This document shows, in pieces, positions 9,831-20,400 of a DNA stretch of 64,000 nucleotides. The notes below the pieces were generated by a model. That model saw only the letters and a list, made by a program, of their open reading frames with translations. It was not told where the DNA came from and ran no database searches. The number at the start of each line of letters is the position of its first letter. The stretch's first letter is position 1. This DNA is from an uncultured Methanosarcinales archaeon (GTDB lineage Archaea > Nanobdellota > Nanobdellia > Woesearchaeales > GW2011-AR9). The DNA lies in NCBI GenBank assembly GCA_964344235.1, contig CAYFMJ010000001.1:1-64000 (forward strand), in the 5' to 3' direction. A program made the position numbers and the translations under genes.

Positions 9831-10154
9831 ATGAAAGGGGAACAGTCTACCAAATCAATGTCAAAGGGCAAACTCCAGGAGAAAGAGCCGGGAGAGATTG
9901 GGGAGAATATTACAACACAAGGTGTTCCATACGATTTTTTTGAAATTGGCGGAAGATACCGGGTTGGGGACGTTGAGATAGAGATCACTGAGCCATGTAA
10001 GCCTTGTTCTAATTTGCGATTGATGCCGTATGTTGGTGATGAAAAAATAACAGAGTTCATGAAAACAATGCTTCGGCGAAGGGGTTGGTATGCAAAAGTC
10101 ATTACAGAAGGTAAGGTGACTCAAGGAGATAGCATTGAGAGGTTAGTAGAGTAA
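9831..10154 (+). pseudogene. MOSC-domain protein with an apparent internal deletion and a frame-shifted N-terminus
   Basis: GENITTQG, EITEPCKPCSNL, RRGWYAKVITEG motifs; the N-terminal third is missing; a MOSC-like start GTVYQINVKGQTPGER is read in another frame at 9839-9886. Confidence 0.6.
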
Positions 10155-10315
10155 TGGCAAAATGTTCAATTTGTAGTAATAAAATTGCAGAGTTATTTCT
10201 TGGAAAGTTAAAAGGCACAATTGTAAAGAAGCCAGGGAAGAGTAAGCAGTTCCCAGTATGTTTTGATTGTCAGAAGAAGTTTCAGAGTAAGGAAGCGTTG
10301 TTAGAGAAGCTTTAA
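10154..10315 (+). CDS. Small CxxC...CxxC zinc-ribbon protein, 53 aa (not in the ORF track)
   Basis: MAKCSICSNKIAELFLGKLKGTIVKKPGKSKQFPVCFDCQKKFQSKEALLEKL; its ATG overlaps the upstream TAA (TAATG coupling). Confidence 0.75.
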   Translation: MAKCSICSNKIAELFLGKLKGTIVKKPGKSKQFPVCFDCQKKFQSKEALLEKL

Positions 10316-10884
10316 ACACTGGCAGCAAGTTGTTCTAAAGGCCTTTCCTCAGTGTCAATACGGTAGACCTTTCTCTTTGGGTCCAGAATACTATGAGCTC
10401 GCCAAGGTCTTTTATAGTACTCCCTCAAAGCGGCGAGAATTGCCTCTTGAGATTGTCCATGAAAAACTGCAGCGCGTCTGTCACCCCAATCATACATGTT
10501 GTGTGTTAAGTCAACCGCAACAAATGTGGTTGGAGGAATATAGATCAGACCTTTCGTGTCAAAATGGCTTTGTTGCAAACGGCCACCGCGCAGCTCAAAA
10601 TAGCTGGCGTGAGGGAATGTTCCAAAAAGCGTGGGTTCTTCATCTTCTTCAGCTAAAAGTAATCCAAATTCCCTTACCGCTTCATAACAAAAATTTTGGA
10701 AGTGGCCCTCCGTTCTAATATCAGCTCTACGAATATCTCCCTGCTGCCTGAAGAAAGCGGGAAAAGCAAATTCTAACACTTCAGCAAGAGGTTCTAATTC
10801 TACACCAAAGTTCATCGCCACTGGGCGTGACCGTAAGTCGTATTGCACAGTACAGCCATGCATTTTTCTTAGTGCTTGTGACAT
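10312..10884 (-). CDS. Hypothetical protein
   Basis: 190-aa ORF filling the gap, protein-like composition; no motif recognised. Confidence 0.55.
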   Translation of the reverse strand: MSQALRKMHGCTVQYDLRSRPVAMNFGVELEPLAEVLEFAFPAFFRQQGDIRRADIRTEGHFQNFCYEAVREFGLLLAEEDEEPTLFGTFPHASYFELRGGRLQQSHFDTKGLIYIPPTTFVAVDLTHNMYDWGDRRAAVFHGQSQEAILAALREYYKRPWRAHSILDPKRKVYRIDTEERPLEQLAASV

Positions 10885-10969
10885 ATTTATCGCAGAAGTT
10901 ATGTTTTTTAAGAATGTTTGGGAGAATTATGAATAATTTTAAAAATGAGGTGTTTCTGCAGTGAAATGC

Positions 10970-11041
10970 GCCCTCGTGGCTTAGTGGTATAGCGGCTGCC
11001 TCGTAAGCAGCAGGTCGTGGGTTCAAATCCCACCGAGGGCT
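10970..11041 (+). tRNA. tRNA-Thr(CGT)
   Basis: Acceptor GCCCTCG/CGAGGGC, anticodon arm GCTGC-CTCGTAA-GCAGC, T-loop TTCAAAT, U73; CCA not encoded. Confidence 0.96.
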
Positions 11042-11086
11042 TTTTATTCTGATAATTTATTTATACTATAATTCTTTTCAGAGTCC

Positions 11087-11278
11087 ATGGTTTTATGGGA
11101 AGGCCATTTCGGCCAGATGTTTGGAAAGTGTAAACATTGTAACCATGCTATTGCAGAAATCAAAGGAGAATGGCATCACGAAACATGGGACAGAGACCAT
11201 GAGGGTAAGACATGTAACATTCGTTGGATTAAGCAAGAGTTTCGAGGCCTGTGCGATTGTACATCTCCAAAACCATAG
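11087..11278 (+). CDS. Small Cys/His-rich hypothetical protein, 63 aa
   Basis: CKHC...WHH...C...CDC; preceded by a TATA-like ATTTATTTATA. Confidence 0.45.
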   Translation: MVLWEGHFGQMFGKCKHCNHAIAEIKGEWHHETWDRDHEGKTCNIRWIKQEFRGLCDCTSPKP

Positions 11279-11322
11279 TATTCTTTCCTAAATTTTATAA
11301 AACGATAATAGAAGTGGGATGT

Positions 11323-12165
11323 ATGAAAACGTTATTGATCGGAGAGATACACCTAGATGCGGAGAAGTTGCTGCAAGAGGGCACCGATTTGCAACACATG
11401 TCCAATGAACAGTTTTGTGCTGTCGCTGATTTCCCAGAAGTAGAAGCGTTGGTGCTACGAACGTTTACGCATTGTAAGAAGAATGAATTAGATTTCTTTC
11501 CACAATTGAAGTATATTGTTATTTGTAGTGTTGGTGTGAATAATTTAGATTTAGAGGAGATGGAGAAGAGGGGAATTACATTAATTCATGTTCCAGGCAC
11601 AAATGCCAATAGTGTGGCGGAGCATACATTGTATTTGTTATTTTCATTATTGCGAGAAGATGTGAAGAAGCCATTTGCTGAGTTAGAAGGAAAGACAATT
11701 GGAATTATTGGTTTAGGACATATTGGAAAATTAGTAGCGAGAAAAATGAAAGGGTTTGGTTGTAAGGTTATTGCGTTTGATGTGATTGAGCAAGATGAGG
11801 GAGTGTTGAGAGAACTACAGGTTGAGATGAAATCGTTTGAAGAAGTGTTGGGAAGTGATGTGGTAACAGTGCATGTTCCTTTGAATAAGCACACAAAGCA
11901 TTTGATTAATGAAGATGCTTTCTCTAAGATGAGAGAGGGTGCTTTTTTTATCAATACAAGCAGAGAAGAAGTGATTGATGAGGATGCATTAGTAAAGTTA
12001 CAATCAAAGTTCCGAGGGATTGGGTTAGATGTGTATTCTGAGAAACTGAAACAATTAGAAGGCAACGTTGTATTAACAGATCATGTGGCTGCACAGGGAG
12101 AGGAAAGTTTTAGGCAGCAATGTGTCAAACCAGTAGAAAAATTTCTAGAATCTATGCAGCGTTAA
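11323..12165 (+). CDS. D-isomer-specific 2-hydroxyacid dehydrogenase (NAD-binding)
   Basis: GVNNLD, NANSVAEH, GIIGLGHIG, FINTSR, LDV, LTDHVA. Confidence 0.9.
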   Translation: MKTLLIGEIHLDAEKLLQEGTDLQHMSNEQFCAVADFPEVEALVLRTFTHCKKNELDFFPQLKYIVICSVGVNNLDLEEMEKRGITLIHVPGTNANSVAEHTLYLLFSLLREDVKKPFAELEGKTIGIIGLGHIGKLVARKMKGFGCKVIAFDVIEQDEGVLRELQVEMKSFEEVLGSDVVTVHVPLNKHTKHLINEDAFSKMREGAFFINTSREEVIDEDALVKLQSKFRGIGLDVYSEKLKQLEGNVVLTDHVAAQGEESFRQQCVKPVEKFLESMQR

Positions 12166-13930
12166 GTACACCAATAACATCTTGCTGTATTGGAATTCTC
12201 TTTTTATCACACATGTGAAGGAATGCTGTTAAAATTGCTTTCTTGGCATGCATACTTGATAGTAAGTCAATACGAGTTTCTATGTGGTAACGATCTTCGA
12301 CCTGTTGTCTATCAGACTTACCAGTAGCTTTGACATCTGGCTTAGCATAATGGGAACCAGAAAGTAATTGCCGTTTTATATTGCGTTCGATGTCATGTTT
12401 CCGACGTTCCCTTGTTGGTAAAGTTCTAACAAGTTTCTCTAAGAACATTCTGTTTTCGGGGTGGTTCATGAGAGCCATACGAGGCTGCACCAAGTCATCA
12501 TCAAATGTTCCCCCAAAGAAGACTAAATCCTCATCAAACAATCGGTAGTGTGGGCCGTATTCAATACTGGTTACTTCACCGCGAGAGCTGGATACAAGAA
12601 CGACGGGAATGCCACTCTCTCTACAGGCAGCAAGAGGATGCCTATATGATTCAACAGGATCTTTCATTCGTAAACCAGCTGAACCAGTCGCTTGGATAAT
12701 CATCCCTGACAGATCTCCGCCAGTACGATCAATTATAGTCTGTAAGAGAATTGGGTCAGTTGAACTTTTTAACGAGAGGATGCCGGAGAAGTCTAAATCG
12801 TCGTTTGGAACTCCAGAATATTCTTCCCAGAATTCTGTGATCGTTCTTACCATTTGGGGGGAGTATCCTCCCTCTCGAGCTAAAAGAATCCCAAATACTC
12901 CCATTAAATGTTCGCGCTCAAGAAGTGTTCTTTTATCACGCTGGCGACGCAGGTTTTCAACTAACATAAAATAATGAGGTATTCGGCCGACAACTCTGCC
13001 TTTAAGGTTCATGGTATCGATGAGTGTTTCAATGTCATTAGCTATTCTACTCGGAGAATCGTTCGTTGGACGGCGTTTCAGTTCTTTCATACGTTCAGAA
13101 CCATACCCCAATAAGTGCGGTAAAGGAACCCTCCCCCTTCCACCAACAACTTTTGTATCAGCATAATCTAATGTGCCATCTCGAACTTCACGAAAATATT
13201 CAATTGCATCACGGATATACTTAAAAGGGTCTTGTCTCCTTCTTCTTTCAACTGCTCTGATAGCCCCCCCACTATCTAAGAGCTCTTCCAATTTGACTCG
13301 AGCAAAATAACTTCGCGTTCTTTCTTCATACCGTCTTTGATCTACTTCGGTCCCCTCTTGCCATCGGGGCGCAAGCTGAAAAGAACCCGGGCGGCGAAAA
13401 TTTTTTGCATAATGGCGCGTGTGCCAGTCAACTGCCCCGGAAGGAGTATCGTGTCTGCTCGTAATAATAACACCATTCGGACGGACTGCGAACACACCTG
13501 AACCATCACCATGAGCAGCAAAGATTCCTGCAGTAAGTGTATTAACGGGAGCGTCGGAGCCAACTTTTTCTGGTCCTTTGATTGAACCTAAGAACACAAC
13601 AGGATAACGCCACATTTCATTACCCATTAACGCCAGAGTTGGTGCAGCTAAATTCATGGTATCCGTGCCATAGGAGATAATAACGCCGTCTTTTTGCCCG
13701 GCATAATGGACTACGGTTTTTCCCAATTCAAGAATGTCAACCCGAGGGTGATCCGAACTATCACCAGATGCACGAACTGGGAACGCTTCATAACTAGTAT
13801 AAGGGACTTGGCCCAATGTTGTGAGTAGTGTGTCTTGAGCTGCAGGATCGACGTCTCGTGGTCCGGCTCCCGTTACACCACTGCCAATTGTACCGCCCGT
13901 TGCAGTGTAAAAAAACCTTCGTGTTCGCAT
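12152..13930 (-). CDS. Divergent asparaginase/GatD-like amidohydrolase with a large internal insertion
   Basis: ATGGTI, YGTDTM, PVVFLGS...SDAPVN N-domain; GMIIQATGSAG and IPVVLVSS C-domain separated by ~250 extra aa; start placed at the ATG at 13930. Confidence 0.7.
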   Translation of the reverse strand: MRTRRFFYTATGGTIGSGVTGAGPRDVDPAAQDTLLTTLGQVPYTSYEAFPVRASGDSSDHPRVDILELGKTVVHYAGQKDGVIISYGTDTMNLAAPTLALMGNEMWRYPVVFLGSIKGPEKVGSDAPVNTLTAGIFAAHGDGSGVFAVRPNGVIITSRHDTPSGAVDWHTRHYAKNFRRPGSFQLAPRWQEGTEVDQRRYEERTRSYFARVKLEELLDSGGAIRAVERRRRQDPFKYIRDAIEYFREVRDGTLDYADTKVVGGRGRVPLPHLLGYGSERMKELKRRPTNDSPSRIANDIETLIDTMNLKGRVVGRIPHYFMLVENLRRQRDKRTLLEREHLMGVFGILLAREGGYSPQMVRTITEFWEEYSGVPNDDLDFSGILSLKSSTDPILLQTIIDRTGGDLSGMIIQATGSAGLRMKDPVESYRHPLAACRESGIPVVLVSSSRGEVTSIEYGPHYRLFDEDLVFFGGTFDDDLVQPRMALMNHPENRMFLEKLVRTLPTRERRKHDIERNIKRQLLSGSHYAKPDVKATGKSDRQQVEDRYHIETRIDLLSSMHAKKAILTAFLHMCDKKRIPIQQDVIGVLNAA

Positions 13931-14047
13931 GGGAACTATAAAAAACGCCACATTATAAATGTTACTACTGTCGATGAACAAAATAAAAAAATAAGAGGTG
14001 AACTCAAAAGCAAAACATTCTTAAAGAGAGTTTGTCTCGAGGGGAGA

Positions 14048-14818
14048 ATGGACAAGGAGCCAGCTAAAAAAGCCGACGTTGAGACGAAAGAAGAACCAGT
14101 GATTCAGCCAGCACAGGTTGAAGAGCCAGAGATGTCTTCTGCAGAAATTTCAAAGGAAGCGATGTCCGTTAACCCTAAAGATAGGAAGTTTATTTTTATC
14201 GTTACAGGAGTCGTGATTTTATTATTTATTCTCGCTGTTGGTGGTTTAAAGATTACTGAATCATTTACAGGAGCGGCTGTTCTTTCAGTTGAAGAATTGC
14301 ATCAAAAGAACCTTGCGGGAGAATTACATGACGATAGGGGTTTGATGTATAATGGGTTTAGTTTTGTGAAGTATGAAGGGTTGTGGTGGACCGATTTATT
14401 GATTGGAGAGAGAAGAGTAAGAGTGCCGTTACATTTTAGTCCGGCTGAGGTGCAGGACATTCCAGTTACGGGCGAATTAGATTCGGGGTTTAATGCTGGA
14501 AACAGTGTATACTTAGCGATTGACCCAACTGTTGTGAGTGGACATTACGTTGTAGCGATGCGAGAATTAGGTGCGAATATTGCACAAGGTATTGGCCGAG
14601 ATTCTATTGGAGCGTGTACTACTGAACATGAGGGATGTGAGGATAGAGAAATTTTAAGTTGTGACAATACGCAAGGAAAGCCAGTTATTGAATTAGCAAT
14701 TGCAGAGGAAGCCGGTGTAGAGTTGAATGGTAGCTGTATCAAGATTAAGGGAACAGATTATGAGCTTCTACAGGCAACTGCACGATTGATCTATAAGTGG
14801 TACCAAGTTATGCCTTAG
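14048..14818 (+). CDS. Membrane-anchored hypothetical protein with a Cys-containing extracellular domain
   Basis: One TM (FIFIVTGVVILLFILAVGGL) followed by FTGAAV; YNGFSFVKYEGLWWT; C-terminal cysteines. Confidence 0.65.
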   Translation: MDKEPAKKADVETKEEPVIQPAQVEEPEMSSAEISKEAMSVNPKDRKFIFIVTGVVILLFILAVGGLKITESFTGAAVLSVEELHQKNLAGELHDDRGLMYNGFSFVKYEGLWWTDLLIGERRVRVPLHFSPAEVQDIPVTGELDSGFNAGNSVYLAIDPTVVSGHYVVAMRELGANIAQGIGRDSIGACTTEHEGCEDREILSCDNTQGKPVIELAIAEEAGVELNGSCIKIKGTDYELLQATARLIYKWYQVMP

Positions 14819-15900
14819 AAGAGGTATTTGGCAAATAAAAGAAACCGCGGTTCTTTGAACAACGAAAGGGTGACAAGTGGAATCGGGTTATCACGAGTGT
14901 ATCTTTCAAAAATGTTCTGAATTTTAGGTTGTTTGACGTACCGAATAAGTCTGTCCCAGTCTTTATCTGAGAACTTTGCAAGAATTTTCTGAATAACGAG
15001 ATGTAACCAAAGTTTACGTCGTAATGGCGTGAGGTGGAGGTAATAATTACGGTTTTCGTTAATACATTTTACAAGGGTTTGTACTTGTTTCATCGCCGGA
15101 ACGATGCCGCCCAGTGTTGTTGCTTTCACATAGGAAGAAGCATCCCCAACAAGAAAACAATTCCCTAGTTGCACTCGTTGTAATGGGTGGTACACAGGAA
15201 TAGTGCCAGCTTGCATTTCCTTTGCTGTGAAGGCATGCTCTTTCATGAACTTGTCAAAGTACTGTTTTGATTTACTTCTCATTGCTAAGCCAACACGTGC
15301 CGTTGTGGGCGATTCTGGAACGACCCACGCAAATAAGCCAGGACAAACATTCTTTCCAAAATATGTTTTGATGGTGTGTGGCTCAAAGTTTCCTTCAACA
15401 ACTGCTTGCACACCATAATAATTCTTTCTCCGTTTGTTATAGAAACCAAATGCTTTTGCAGTAGGGGAGAGAGGTCCATCAGCAGCAATGATGATGTCCG
15501 GTGTGACACGGATCTCTTTGTTTGTGGTTGAATTCTTAATGATAAGAGTATCGTCTTCCCGACGTTGAAATGAATGGTTAATGTGAATCACTGCTCCTTC
15601 TTTCTTTGCGAGGTCGGCGAAGAAATTGTCAAATTTTGTTCTGCAGACAATGTAGTCCTTTTGTGTAATTTTTAATGAATCATTGGGAGAAAAGACTTCA
15701 ATCGTATCAATAGTATTTACAAGAAAAGAGTCCATAGGAAAGTTGAATTCATCAAAATCTGATGTGAGTATGCCAGTGCATTGAATTGGGGCCCCTATAG
15801 AAGGGTGGTTTTCATAGATTGTAACATTGTGGCCAGTCTTTGCAAGAAGATAGCCAGCATAACAGCCAATAGGGCCTGCGCCAATGATCATAATGTTCAT
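14815..15900 (-). CDS. Geranylgeranyl reductase family FAD-dependent oxidoreductase
   Basis: IIGAGPIG, QCTGIL, IIAADGPLS, FAWVVP, LVGDASSYVKATTLGGI. Confidence 0.88.
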   Translation of the reverse strand: MNIMIIGAGPIGCYAGYLLAKTGHNVTIYENHPSIGAPIQCTGILTSDFDEFNFPMDSFLVNTIDTIEVFSPNDSLKITQKDYIVCRTKFDNFFADLAKKEGAVIHINHSFQRREDDTLIIKNSTTNKEIRVTPDIIIAADGPLSPTAKAFGFYNKRRKNYYGVQAVVEGNFEPHTIKTYFGKNVCPGLFAWVVPESPTTARVGLAMRSKSKQYFDKFMKEHAFTAKEMQAGTIPVYHPLQRVQLGNCFLVGDASSYVKATTLGGIVPAMKQVQTLVKCINENRNYYLHLTPLRRKLWLHLVIQKILAKFSDKDWDRLIRYVKQPKIQNIFERYTRDNPIPLVTLSLFKEPRFLLFAKYLF

Positions 15901-15988
15901 GGTGAATGTAAAAATTAACTAATTAAAAAGCTTATCAAACAAAAGAAGAAAAAAAGAAGAAAAAAAAGATTGGAGGAAGATACCCCAC

Positions 15989-17269
15989 TTAGTAATATGT
16001 TGGGTCTTCACCCTCGTCGTCTCTTCGTAGTCTTGAGAAGCCAATGATCAAGCCGATCACAACTAATAGGACCACTAAAACGATTAAGGCAATCTCTAAA
16101 CCGTCACGTAAGCTCTGGTTGCTTCCGCTCTGGGTTCCAGGAACAACGTTTGCTTCTAACATAACAGTTTGGAGTTCTTCTCCATCTGCGCTAACTGTTA
16201 CAGCAACTGCTTGTGCAGCTGCAGGTGTACCAGCGTTTGGAGTTACGTCAACAGTAACAATTTTGTGTTGACCTGGTCCTAGAACAACCAGTGCATCACT
16301 CTTTGAAACGCTTGCCCAGTCACCAGCTACAACATCAACGGTGTATGCTTCTGTACTGGTTCCAGTGTTCATTAGAGCAACAAAGTAACTTGCTGTAGCT
16401 CCCGTAAGAACGCTCTGCGTTTGAGGGCCAACTTGCAAAGTTAACTCTGAAACTTCTTGGAACATTTCGTTCTCAACAACCTGGATTTGGTATGTTTTTG
16501 TAACAGTTTCGTGGAAATTGTCGTATTGAGCAGAGACAACTAATTCGTATGTTCCTGCAGCAGTGTTACTTGGAATCTGTAAAGCCATTTCAGGAACATC
16601 TTCGAAGTCAAAGTTACCGTCATCATCTGTGTTTACTTCATCTACAATTTCAAACGCGCTAACGCCTAATTGTGGAATGGAAACGGATACTTTAACATCT
16701 TCTTCATCCTTCTCACCGAAGTTCTCTAGTAATACTGTGGTGAACAAGTGTCGACCAGCTTTTACTGTGGAACTTGGTGCAAAAGAAACATCTGCGATGT
16801 CTACTGCGTGACGCTGAGCTTCAACGGAAAGCTGAACAACTGTTTCGAATGCTGCTGTGTTTTTATCCATAACACGCACACGTAACCAGTAGTTCTCATC
16901 GTTTTCCAACTCATGCGGTAAATCTAAGTCTAAACTTACTTTCTTTGTGGTACCTGCTTTAATGTTGAACAATTCTGTGGTTGCTTCTAACTCATCAAAG
17001 TCGTTGTATTCGAAACCGCTAATTTCGATTTCAACTTCAAGGTCTTCAAGAGTTTCAGAACCTAAGTTCTCCAATGCTAGGTCAACTTCAATTGTTTCGC
17101 CTTCTTCTACAGCGAAAATTTCATCACCATCACCTGCTCCGAAGTTAACGTCGTGTTCGTTAACTTCTAACTCTGCGATGAACAAATCGTTACCATCTAA
17201 AGCGCTTACTAAGGAAAAGCTCAAAACGCTAAAGACAAACAATGCCATCAAAATGGTTAGTTTTCTCAT
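15989..17269 (-). CDS. Secreted Ig-like/CARDB-type surface protein with a C-terminal membrane anchor (putative S-layer-associated)
   Basis: Signal peptide; three beta-sandwich-like domains (VLLENFGEKDEEDVKVSVSIP; VALMNTGTSTEAYTV); TM followed by RLRR. Confidence 0.7.
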   Translation of the reverse strand: MRKLTILMALFVFSVLSFSLVSALDGNDLFIAELEVNEHDVNFGAGDGDEIFAVEEGETIEVDLALENLGSETLEDLEVEIEISGFEYNDFDELEATTELFNIKAGTTKKVSLDLDLPHELENDENYWLRVRVMDKNTAAFETVVQLSVEAQRHAVDIADVSFAPSSTVKAGRHLFTTVLLENFGEKDEEDVKVSVSIPQLGVSAFEIVDEVNTDDDGNFDFEDVPEMALQIPSNTAAGTYELVVSAQYDNFHETVTKTYQIQVVENEMFQEVSELTLQVGPQTQSVLTGATASYFVALMNTGTSTEAYTVDVVAGDWASVSKSDALVVLGPGQHKIVTVDVTPNAGTPAAAQAVAVTVSADGEELQTVMLEANVVPGTQSGSNQSLRDGLEIALIVLVVLLVVIGLIIGFSRLRRDDEGEDPTYY

Positions 17270-17431
17270 TTTTATCTTCCTCCAAATCTCTATAAAAGAG
17301 CATTATGGTTTCTTTTAACACCTCAAAACCTGGATCCTATATAAATGTTTCGCAAAAGTGAGTATTGGAGAGTAATTACACTTGTTTGCTATTGCGAAAT
17401 GACTATTATCTAACATCTTTTAGGAACGTAT

Positions 17432-20400
17432 TTATTGAACAGTTATGATCCGATGTGCTGTTTCATGGATCTGTGAGTTCTTTGCTGTGACTTTAATAAC
17501 GTAATCTCCGGAGGGTGCGTAATCGGGTATCTGGAGAGGGATTACGCGAGTTTCTCCTTCTCCATCATCTAAATTAAACTCACCTGTTGAGTAATAATAT
17601 TCTAAATCGTAGATGAATACTGTAAAACGTACATCTTTAAGGTCAACATTACCGTTATTCTCAACTCTTGTAACGATTGTTGTAGATTCTCCTGGATAGA
17701 CCACTTCAGGAGTTGGATGAGCGTAGACAATTTCAATGCCTTTCTTAGGTTTCTTGATAATATGGAATTCGTCGTTGTCGAAAGGGTTTTCACAACCGGG
17801 GTCTTCTAAGTCTAGGAAACCATCAAAGTCGTTGTCTATACCGTCCTGGCAGGCAGTGGTAGTGTCTCCTTCATTATTGTCTAATGGGTTGTAGTTGCCT
17901 GATTCGTCGTAACAACCAGGATCTTTAGCATCTGTAAGACCATCATTATCATTGTCTAGGTTGTCGGAGCAGACTGTTGCACCAACAACTATGATAATAT
18001 CTTCTAAGATAGGGGTGTTGATAATTGAGTCTGTTACTGAGACCCTAAGGTTATGTGTGCCAATTTGATCGACAGCCGGGGCCCAGGTGAATTCTTGGTT
18101 ATGGGTTGTTGCCCCGGTTGGAAGAGGGAGGTTAAAATCATATTTCAGGATATCTTCGCTGTCTCCATCAATTGCTTCAATAGTAAAAGTTAACGTATCT
18201 CCTAAGCTAACGGAATAGGCTGTTTCACTTACAAACTGAGGAATTTGGTTTACATCAAATACAGTTACTTCAAACTCTTCCTGCACGCGGTTTCCAGCAT
18301 TATCCATTACGGCAATTACGAGAGTAAATCCTTCTTCTAAACTAGGATGTTGAACAAATGTAAATAATGGTTTTAGTTGAATTGTGTAAGTGTTGTCTCC
18401 GTTATCAATTAAATTTACTGCATTACCCGCAATTGATTCCAAGTTCATCGTTATCGAATCTGGTGAAGCCACTTCTACAATTAATAGATCATCTTCAGGA
18501 TCATCAATTGTAAAATCAATTTCTAATAACTCTCCTTCGTTCACTGTTTGCGGTTTAATTGGTTCAATTGTTGGATCTTCGTTGATTACAGGATCATCAG
18601 ATTCATCATCGTCATGTGAAGATTCACAGCCGGGGTCGTTGGGGAAGTCGATTAACCAATCAGCATCATTATCCAGACCATCCTCGCATTGATTTAGGAT
18701 AATAACTGGTTCATCGGACTCATCATTATCCTGAGCGTTGTAATTGCCATCCTCGTCAAGACACCCTTCATCTAATTCATCAATGTTGCCATCACCGTCA
18801 TTGTCAATCCCATCCTGACATTGTGCTGCTGGAAGTTCTTCATCATCATCCTGTGGGCTGTCACAGCTGAAATCATCTGGGAAGTCAACGAAACCGTCGC
18901 CATCATTATCGATACCGTCTTGACATTGCGTTGTTGCGTCTGATTCATCATCATCAAGAGGGTCATAATTACCTTCTTCATCATAACAACCAGGGTCAGC
19001 AGCATTATTTAGGCCATCGCCATCATTGTCGATGTCATCGGAACATTCTGCAACTTCAACAACAATATTTGTTTCGTTATCATCTTCAGGAGACTCACAA
19101 CCCGCATCAGCAGGGAAATCAATAAAACCATCAGCGTCATTATCTACACCATCAGAACAGTAAGCGACAGCATTTGCAAATTCTAAGTTTGTTGGAGAGG
19201 TAACAGGAAGTGTTACTTCAAAGAAGCCATCGGAAGGTGCCATTTGAATGTAGCCTTCTGGGATGATTTCCCGTACAATATACGTTCCTGGCCCTAAGTC
19301 TGGAAAGAGGAACGCGCCGTTGCTGTCAGTAATAGTAAAGTATTCATCCGCATCAAGCATTTCATTGTTATTTTCATCAATGTAAATGGTAATTCCCTCA
19401 AGAAGAATATCATCCCCCAGTATTACGGAACCGCCAAGTCCGAAGAAATCAATCAGCTTGTTACTATTTTCAAAGATTTGTGCAGCTGGATCAATATCTT
19501 GTAACGGGCCGAGGGTTGCTGTAGCGCCAACACCAAATGCCCGTACGTTGTTTATCTTTGATTGTAATTCTATCGCTTCATCAAAATAGTTAAAATTTAA
19601 TGGTGCCCCGTCAGAGAGGAAAATAAGGTTACTATTTTCGCTTTCCAAGCTCTCAGAACCATATATTTCAAGTGCCTTCTGTAGTGCAGCTTCATAATCT
19701 GTGCTACCACCGGACGCAAGAGTTCCCAGTGCTTCCACAATATCTAATTCCCCATTGCCATCCGTATCATCGCCGGCAAGAGAAGTGATTTGAATACCGG
19801 CAGTGCCTGGTTGGGTGTCAACCTCTGTTGCGAAATCGTTAAAGGATATAATAGCAATCGTGGCAGAGTCGCCAAAGCCTTCAGCAACAATATGTTCTGT
19901 TAGTGCAATATACGCTGCAATCTCTGCATCAAGAACAGTGTTCACTGCACCATCTCCGTTCATATCTGGAACTGGGTCGCCAGCGAAAGGACTTATAGTA
20001 CTAGAAGAGGTGTCAATAACATACAGGATTGTTGGAGCGCCGGTAACGGAAGTGATTTCACAGATGCCATCTCTATTTGTGTCTTCACATTTAATTCCAG
20101 TTATCTCAAATGATGGAGGTAGAGGATTGAATTCATCATTATCGAGAGGATCGTAGAAGCCCCCTTCTTCATTACATCCTGGATCGTCAATGTCCACTAA
20201 GCCATCCCCGTCGTTGTCAATTCCGTCAGAACATTCAAAGGAAATGTCATCCGATTCATCGTTGTCAAAAGGGTTGTAGTTTCCGGTTTCTTCATAACAA
20301 CCAAAATCCTCTTCATCAATATGGCCATCGAAATCATTGTCTAAGTTATCGGAACATTGTGGTAATAAATCGTTGAACTCATTGTCATCTTCTGGCGAAT

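Noticed and set aside
10970-11278. Integrated element at tRNA-Thr
   Set aside because: No integrase and no duplicated tRNA 3' end found downstream
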